In this document: positions 57,038 through 63,245 of the stretch, piece by piece
How positions within the stretch are numbered: the stretch's first letter is position 1
Layout of the letters: every line of letters starts with the position of its first letter
Assembly (NCBI GenBank): GCA_002269645.1
Contig: NIVC01004040.1
Location: forward strand, 1-63,245
Direction: 5' to 3'
Length of the DNA stretch: 63,245 nucleotides
From: Macrostomum lignano
Taxonomy: Eukaryota
Translations under genes and position numbers: made by a program
The notes under the pieces: model-generated
What the model was told of the DNA's origin: nothing
What the model saw: the letters and a program-made list of their open reading frames with translations, nothing else
Databases searched by the model: none

Positions 57038-60000
57038 ATGGTCCGAATAAGAGATGGGGAGATGCTTGCCGAAGAGGACAGATGGATAAGCTGTAAAATG
57101 CAGGCCCTAGACCTAGGTGGTGAAGCAGGCCGTTTAAACAACTGGTTGATTGAGCAGGAGCAGGAGTTGGAGAGGATCTGTAGTATGATTAATACGAACG
57201 GCAGTGGCTGGACAATTAAACAAATTAATTTTCTAGACATCAACCTTGCCAGGTACAATCCAATTCGATTTCGCCAGGGCAGAGCCGTTAGATTCAATCT
57301 TCCTGCCAGTTTGAAGAACAAAAAGGCTGTTATCAATCCACCGAGCACAGGCAAAGACTGTTTCCTGTACGCCTGTCTCGCTGCACTGCACAGCGCCGAT
57401 CCGAAAGTTCAGAAATCGCCCAACAGAATATCCTCTTACGATGAATGGTTGCGTGAGCTGGACTTTGCAGAAATCTCCATGCCAGTGAGTGTCGCTGATA
57501 TCGATCGCGTCGAGTCTAACAATCCAGGAATTTGCATTTCTGCGTTCTCTTGGCAGCAGGGCAGTGTGACTCTTCTCCGTCGCCGCAAGCATGAGTCAGA
57601 TGACCGAAGACACCTCATGCTTTTGCTAGTTAAAGACAGCTACGGATCGGAGCACTGGTGTGCAATTACTAATTTTGACAGGTTAATGAACAGTCGTAAT
57701 GGTCCCGCCATGAGGAAGTGGTGCACGAAATGTTTAACATCATTTTATAGCAACGAGAGGCTTCAAGAGCACAGGAACGAATGCAGCATTACTGCAGAAA
57801 ATCCTGTCAAAGAAACGCTTCCAGTTCCAGGACAGAATGAAATAAAGTTCCGAAACTGTCAAAACACTGTCAGTCCACCATTCGTTGCCTATGCCGACCT
57901 GGAAGCCATTTTGCGAGCGAACACAGACCCTGCTAACCTGATCTCAAAGCATGAACCATGTGCAGCAGCTTTTCTTGCAGTGCCTCGTGAAGGCATGACA
58001 GGACCTCCGCTTAGGCCAGAAGGAGACATGTACAAGGTCTTTTGCAATGCGGACCCTGATGAGTGTATCCTTGGTTTTCTCAAATCTCTTGAAAGCCTGG
58101 CTCAGGATATATTTCACTGGAACCAGAAGCATAGCCACCAGCCGGCTGACCGATCATCCGCGACCGTCATGGATGATTTCAATTCTGCTGAGGTATGTCA
58201 CTACTGCAAGAAGAACTTTAAAAGTTCTACAGATAAACATTTTGACCACGATCATTTAAATGGACAGTACAAAGGTGCAGCATGTCAAGAATGCAACCTG
58301 CGAGCACAGCTCCGACGCCGGTTTCTGCCCCTGGTTTTTCACAACTTAGGCGGCTACGACCTTCATCTTCTACTTTCCACTGCGCTTGGGAGCATGAAAA
58401 ATTGGAAACTTAGTGTTGTTCCGCAATCATCCGAGCGATACTTGTCACTAAGGGCGGAATTCCCTGTTGCAAGTTACGTAAAGAACGGAAAAGTTGTGCC
58501 AATCATGTTTACAATTCAGTTCATCGACTCGCTCTGCTTTTTGAAGGGAAGTTTGTCCAATTTGTTTGCTAATCTTCCCGAAGCTGAATGCAAGCTGACA
58601 ATGCAAATGCTTGAGTCAAGACCACATCTTTCAAGAGAGCTACTTCGAAAAAAAGGGATTTTCCCATATGATTACCTCACAGGATTTGAGATTCTCGAGC
58701 AGTCGGTTTTGCCGCCTAAAGATGCTTTTTTTAATCGACTTTCCGATCGGGGAATTTCCGACGACGACTACAATAGAGCAAGAGCGGCATGGGCGGCATT
58801 TCAATGCAAAAGTTTGAAGGATTATATGCTCGCCTATCTTGAAATGGATGTAAGGCAGCTGGCTGACATTTTCGAGACATTCCGACAGGCCAGTCTGAAA
58901 GAGGACGGATTGGATCCGGTACACTACTTTACTACTCCTGGTTTGTCTTACGACTCAGCTCTAAAGTCGACTGGAGTGGTTCTAGAGCAGCTGACTGATG
59001 CTGACATGTATCATCTGTTTGAGAAGGGAATACGAGGAGGCATGTCCTTCATTAATGTGCATTGCGTCAAAGGTAATAATCCTAGCTTGCCAGGTTATGA
59101 TGATCAGCAAGAGAGTGTAAGCCTCATGCCGATCGATATGAACAACTTGTATGGCTTTGCCCTGTCGCTTCCGCTTCCATGCAGGGAATTCAGGTGGGTA
59201 CCGGAACAGGAAATCCAGTTCTGGGACTCCAATCGGTTTCTGTCACTCAATCCAGAAGCCGAGATCGCCTACCTTGTTCAACTCGATCTAGAATACCCAG
59301 CTGAGATTCACGATTCGACTCAGGAGTTACCGTTTGCACCTGAAAAATCAAAACCACAGCCAGATCAATTCTCGCCGTACATGGCCGAACTATGGAAAGA
59401 GATTGCTGAACAGCGAACTGGCAATGCTGAAGCTAAGTTTCAAGCAACGGAGAAGCTTCTACTCACCTGTACCGACAAGGATTCTTACGTAGTTCACAGC
59501 ACCGTTTTAAGATTTTACCTGCAACACGGAATGCGGATCAAGTGCGTCAAAAAAATGATTTCGTTCAAGCAGGAAAATATTTTCGCGCCGTACATTGCCA
59601 GCAACAATGAAAAAAGAGCTTTGGCAACTTCCGAGTTTGCTAAGGATTTTTACAAATTGAAAAACAATTCTCTCTTTGGAAAAACTATGGAGAACGTTCG
59701 AAAAAGATGCGATGTTCGAATTTGCACTAACCAGACTCAAGCAGAAACTTGCGCCTCTCGACCAAACTGTGCCGCATTCTCGATTATCAATGAGTCGTTG
59801 AGCATTTTTCAGCTCAAAAAAGATAAAGTCACGCTTGACAAGGCCATTTTCGTTGGCCAGGCAGTTCTCGATCTCTCTAAGATGGCCATGTACAGCCTAC
59901 TATATGACAGGCTCCGACCGCTGTTCTGTCATTCAGACGGTTCCAGAGACATGATGCTTTGCGGAGGTGATACTGACTCATTTTTTCTAGCTTTCAAGAA

Positions 60001-60496
60001 TCATGATTTAACATCGGAGGTAATCCCGAAGCTTAGAGAGGAAAAAATACTTGACACATCCAACTATTCTCGAGACCATCCGCATTTCTCTGAAGAGTTA
60101 AAAGGAAAGCTGGGCTGCGTTAAAGATGAATCTGCTGGTGGAATTTACCAGGAGTGGATTCTTTTGCGTCCAAAACTTTATTCGTTTCTCCCTGCCGAGA
60201 ATTCGAGTGCAAAGATCAAGAAAACTGCCAAAGGCGTGAAGCAGTCAGTAGTAAGACAGCAAATTTCGCATGCGAACTATGTCGACGCGTTCGAGTCCAA
60301 GCAAGAGCAGATGGTTGCCATGACAGCGATTGTTTCCAAGAAACACGAAATCTTCACGTCGGTCATGGAGAAAAGAAGCCTATCGGTGTGGGAGGATAAG
60401 CGAGTGTGGCTTAGCAGTAATCGAAGCCTGCCCTACGGACACTATGCGCTGACGCCCGCATCCCACGATCAGCTGAAGCGCATCCGACTGGTCTAG
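57038..60496 (+). CDS. polB: Intact protein-primed family B DNA polymerase of Polinton 2 (frame open from 56834)
   Basis: NGSGW, YADLEA, DHDHLNGQYKGAACQECNL insert, FHNLGGYD, YLEMDV, DMNNLYG, KLKNNSLFGKT and GDTDS. 1152 aa with no stops. Confidence 0.96.
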   Translation: MVRIRDGEMLAEEDRWISCKMQALDLGGEAGRLNNWLIEQEQELERICSMINTNGSGWTIKQINFLDINLARYNPIRFRQGRAVRFNLPASLKNKKAVINPPSTGKDCFLYACLAALHSADPKVQKSPNRISSYDEWLRELDFAEISMPVSVADIDRVESNNPGICISAFSWQQGSVTLLRRRKHESDDRRHLMLLLVKDSYGSEHWCAITNFDRLMNSRNGPAMRKWCTKCLTSFYSNERLQEHRNECSITAENPVKETLPVPGQNEIKFRNCQNTVSPPFVAYADLEAILRANTDPANLISKHEPCAAAFLAVPREGMTGPPLRPEGDMYKVFCNADPDECILGFLKSLESLAQDIFHWNQKHSHQPADRSSATVMDDFNSAEVCHYCKKNFKSSTDKHFDHDHLNGQYKGAACQECNLRAQLRRRFLPLVFHNLGGYDLHLLLSTALGSMKNWKLSVVPQSSERYLSLRAEFPVASYVKNGKVVPIMFTIQFIDSLCFLKGSLSNLFANLPEAECKLTMQMLESRPHLSRELLRKKGIFPYDYLTGFEILEQSVLPPKDAFFNRLSDRGISDDDYNRARAAWAAFQCKSLKDYMLAYLEMDVRQLADIFETFRQASLKEDGLDPVHYFTTPGLSYDSALKSTGVVLEQLTDADMYHLFEKGIRGGMSFINVHCVKGNNPSLPGYDDQQESVSLMPIDMNNLYGFALSLPLPCREFRWVPEQEIQFWDSNRFLSLNPEAEIAYLVQLDLEYPAEIHDSTQELPFAPEKSKPQPDQFSPYMAELWKEIAEQRTGNAEAKFQATEKLLLTCTDKDSYVVHSTVLRFYLQHGMRIKCVKKMISFKQENIFAPYIASNNEKRALATSEFAKDFYKLKNNSLFGKTMENVRKRCDVRICTNQTQAETCASRPNCAAFSIINESLSIFQLKKDKVTLDKAIFVGQAVLDLSKMAMYSLLYDRLRPLFCHSDGSRDMMLCGGDTDSFFLAFKNHDLTSEVIPKLREEKILDTSNYSRDHPHFSEELKGKLGCVKDESAGGIYQEWILLRPKLYSFLPAENSSAKIKKTAKGVKQSVVRQQISHANYVDAFESKQEQMVAMTAIVSKKHEIFTSVMEKRSLSVWEDKRVWLSSNRSLPYGHYALTPASHDQLKRIRLV

Positions 60497-61078
60497 TGCG
60501 GGTGTTTAACAGACTGTTTAGTACTTTTTCTTGCTTTTAGAGTTGTTTAAATTGCCAAATTCTGTTTTAAATGTAGTGACTTGCATGTAGTAACTTTTAC
60601 AAATTTGTATGCTTGGCTAATTGCGCTAGATTTAGCTGTCAATTTGTTTTTGCGGCGTGAAATATTGATATCAATTTAAGTTTTACTTTTTATAAAGCTG
60701 TGTGGCAAGTGCGCTCATACAATATTAATTCATTTTTGTTTGCTTTGTGTACTACTTGTTTAAAATGTGTTTTTGGTTTTTATCTGACACAAATTGTTCC
60801 TGTAAATTCAATCAGCGTTTTAATCATATTTTCTCTATCACTTTTCTATTTCTCTTCTCTCGGTGCACATCGTTTGTTATAACGATGGTAGTATTGTTTA
60901 CTTTCGGATTTGATATGCGTTTTGCGATACTTTTGGTGATGGGCTAAATACGTTTTTGAAGTGTTCCATAGCTGTCTGCCTGGGAAAATGAATGTAAAGA
61001 ATACCAAGTTTATCCTTTTATTCACTTTTCACTAATCATTGAAATATTTGCGGCAAATTGCTTGACTTGACTTTATTT

Positions 61079-61651
61079 TTATTCAATGGAAAGAACTACA
61101 TTGAGTAGACGCATGCTATCGGTATGCAACTGATTCAAGGACCGAGCTCCACTGAGAACAAAAGAGCCGCTGTGAAAAAGCAGACATTTACAAAAGTTTA
61201 AATTGAAAATTAAAGCAGAAAAGGATTCTGGTTCATATTCGGCGTTTGGGATAATTGATTTTAACATTAATAAGGAAAGTGCGGAATGAACTGGGAGCTG
61301 TCCATGAGCAGTAATAGTTTTAATTCGAACACAAATTGTTTGATGAGGCAGCAGTTGAGCCGGCACTCTCCGATGCAGCATAGCCACGAAGCGACGGGCA
61401 GCCCTTTTGGCGTCTGCGTGGGTCTTGGCACCGCAGATGCTCAGTTGCCCAGTAGGGTAGAGTAGGAGAGTCACTCTGGGAATCCGCATCCGCTTGATGA
61501 GCACCCGGGGCCAGACGGGCCGGTAGATCACATGAGCCATGCTGAGAGCCAGTTCCCGTAGAGGCAGCTGAGCGCCCCTGCCACCATCCAGTCTCAGATC
61601 TACTCCGCCAACCAGATTGGTCACTCTTAGGGCTGTAGCTGGTGGGCTCAT
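61079..61651 (-). CDS. Divergent TATA-box-binding-protein-like protein (two TBP repeats, ~190 aa, intronless)
   Basis: Repeat 1: VTNLVGGVDL..IYRPVWPRVLIKRMRIPRVTLLLYPTGQLSICGAKT. Repeat 2: IKTITAHGQL..AEYEPESFSALIFNL..CLLFHSGSFVLSGARS. Confidence 0.88.
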   Translation of the reverse strand: MSPPATALRVTNLVGGVDLRLDGGRGAQLPLRELALSMAHVIYRPVWPRVLIKRMRIPRVTLLLYPTGQLSICGAKTHADAKRAARRFVAMLHRRVPAQLLPHQTICVRIKTITAHGQLPVHSALSLLMLKSIIPNAEYEPESFSALIFNLNFCKCLLFHSGSFVLSGARSLNQLHTDSMRLLNVVLSIE

Positions 61652-62171
61652 TTCGATCGTCAACTTCTTCACCAAATCTGCTTCTGCCAACTTTACTGCT
61701 CGTGTGCCACGGACACTGCTCGCTTCTTAAGTTGATGCAGAACTTTGGCTTAAGCCAACTGTAGTGCAGCAACGAATTTCTCACTGCACAGCCAGTATCT
61801 GAATCTTCAGTCGAGGGTGCTCCCAAATCTTCTAGGTTATAAACCTGTCTTCCAAGCAGCTCAGTCAGAAAAATCGACTTCCTTTCCCCATTTGACCAGA
61901 TCGGACCACTGGCAATGCTCAGAATGTCTTCCGCCAGTTCCATGTACGGACGGGTTCCATCATTCCACTTAAACTGGTGCAGACTCTTAGATAGCTGTCT
62001 GTAGTAAACTCGCATGTCAGGTGAGACTCTCTCCCATGGATACGGAGGTGCGTACACATGGTGAGCAATGTGGTAGCTCCCCGCTCTGATTTGAACAACT
62101 GCCAACTCCTTCACAACAAATTTTTTGCTTGTGCTGTTGCACGGGAATCCTTGGAAGTCAATGTAGTTCAT
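61320..62171 (-). CDS. Polinton DEDD/DnaQ-like exonuclease-fold protein; ORF runs on over the TBP-like gene
   Basis: YIDFQGF..FVVKELAV..APPYPW..HQFKWNDG..NGERK..VYNLEDLG..CAVRNS..W. The conserved part ends at ~61730. Confidence 0.65.
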   Translation of the reverse strand: MNYIDFQGFPCNSTSKKFVVKELAVVQIRAGSYHIAHHVYAPPYPWERVSPDMRVYYRQLSKSLHQFKWNDGTRPYMELAEDILSIASGPIWSNGERKSIFLTELLGRQVYNLEDLGAPSTEDSDTGCAVRNSLLHYSWLKPKFCINLRSEQCPWHTSSKVGRSRFGEEVDDRNEPTSYSPKSDQSGWRSRSETGWWQGRSAASTGTGSQHGSCDLPARLAPGAHQADADSQSDSPTLPYWATEHLRCQDPRRRQKGCPSLRGYAASESAGSTAASSNNLCSN

Positions 62172-62200
62172 GATGCAGCTTTCCTTCGAAAATTTCGGAG

Positions 62201-62893
62201 TCAGTCCACCTTCTTATATACTTTTCTGGCAGGCAATTTCAGCCAGGCTGTGTTGCTCCCGTACCCCTTGACTAGACTCTCCTGTTCTTTCTCCAGTTCA
62301 CCCCCTCTGCTGGTTGCCATTTTCTTCTTAACTGATTTACCAACAGCGGAAAGCGGAACATTAAGCTTTTTCTGCTGCAGAAAATCGATGAACTCGTTCC
62401 ACCCAACTGGTTCACGCTCACATGGCGAATCCCTCACTGTGTGCTGAATCAAGTCCAGTATGTTTGAGGAAGGGATTGACGTGCCTGCGATTTCCACCTC
62501 CCCGTTTTCACAAACTCGAATCAGCTCTGGATTGGTGGACAGGATCGTCCACAGACTGCGAGCCCTGGTTTTGAATTTCTGTGGCACCGACTTGCTGATC
62601 TTCTCTTCCCAGGTGCTTATCTGGGGTGTCTCTGTTTTCATCAACTTGGCTTCAGTATTGCGTGCTCCTTCTTTTCCAGCGTGCTTGCGCTTGGCCAGCA
62701 AACTTTGCATTGCACTTTGGTACATGGCGGTTTTCACATCTTCTGGACAATCCTCGGCATACAAGATGTCATCGCATTTCTTCTGAGCCTGCTTCAAGTC
62801 AGCTTCAGTGGTAGTCTCATTTGGCTTCAAATTCTGCATCAACATCTCATACTCTGCTTTAGGAATCAGAACCATTTCTGAAAATTTGTTCAT
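62201..62893 (-). CDS. Conserved Polinton hypothetical protein
   Basis: EMVLIPK at the N-terminus and NGEVEIAGTSIPSSNILDLI..PVGWNEFIDFL..NVPLSAVG, the pattern of a common Maverick core ORF. Confidence 0.7.
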   Translation of the reverse strand: MNKFSEMVLIPKAEYEMLMQNLKPNETTTEADLKQAQKKCDDILYAEDCPEDVKTAMYQSAMQSLLAKRKHAGKEGARNTEAKLMKTETPQISTWEEKISKSVPQKFKTRARSLWTILSTNPELIRVCENGEVEIAGTSIPSSNILDLIQHTVRDSPCEREPVGWNEFIDFLQQKKLNVPLSAVGKSVKKKMATSRGGELEKEQESLVKGYGSNTAWLKLPARKVYKKVD

Positions 62894-63195
62894 TTTGCTT
62901 CTTCTTCTTTACCAGCTTAAGCAGAATCGGGAGTATTTTGATGAAGCCAGCCTTCAACAAGTCTGTCTTTCTTCTTTTGTGAGTAATTTTTCGAATTATC
63001 TCTTTTGACTTTGCAAGAACAGCTTTTTCATCGAGCGAAAACGATAGATTGTTTTGTAAGAGATTATGGCAGGCCTCGACAAGAAAATAACGCACTTCTT
63101 TTGGACAATTTTTTATCAACAGCCGCTTGAAGCGCACGGTATATTTAGGTGACGCAAGAACCGCAAAAGACTTGCATATGAATCAAGCACTTCCA
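62859..63195 (-). CDS. Small basic Polinton core-like protein, probably frameshifted near 63140
   Basis: LVEACHNLLQNNL..EIIRKI..AGFIKILPILL resembles the EC..N.L.GN...GGFL family. The upstream ATG (MEVLDSY) is in another frame. Confidence 0.55.
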
Positions 63196-63245
63196 TTGCG
63201 ATGAAAACAATAGCTGATAAAAACAAGCTTCACTTTCTTAAGCAA

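Larger units (their letters stand above)
53030..63245 (+). mobile_element. Polinton/Maverick element 2, nested in element 1 and continuing beyond the window
   Basis: AGTAGTAG terminus at 53030, tandem-repeat TIR region, intact PolB and typical Polinton ORFs on the minus strand at 62.2-63.2 kb. Confidence 0.88.

Overview
This is eukaryotic (invertebrate-like), repeat-dense genomic DNA; spliceosomal introns, long microsatellites and nested transposons are evident, but the host cannot be named from sequence alone. 0.7-1.9 kb: degraded RPA70-like OB-fold gene. 2.7-14.3 kb: a minus-strand Jockey/I-group LINE whose ORF1 carries an AlkB (2OG-Fe(II) dioxygenase) domain; it is interrupted by an internally deleted Mag/Gypsy element and a truncated CACTA/EnSpm element, and bounded by a 30-bp direct repeat. 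14.3-26.3 kb: orphan ORF, RNase H-LINE/MULE mosaic, a full-length mariner with TIRs, a minisatellite and a MITE. 27-41.5 kb: two tandem, apparently broken EGF-NIDO-AMOP-VWD mucin-like paralogs with solo LTRs stacked in introns. 44 kb-end: two unrelated Polinton/Maverick (adintovirus-like) elements, the second inserted into the first. The second has an intact protein-primed PolB, possibly with a spliced N-terminus, a palindromic terminal repeat array, a DEDD-type nuclease-like ORF and a divergent TATA-binding-protein-like gene. The top candidates for novelty are the Polinton TBP-like gene and the AlkB-bearing LINE ORF1. All family calls come from motif recognition by eye, with no database searches. 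Many 1-nt frameshifts lie in homopolymers and could be assembly errors.
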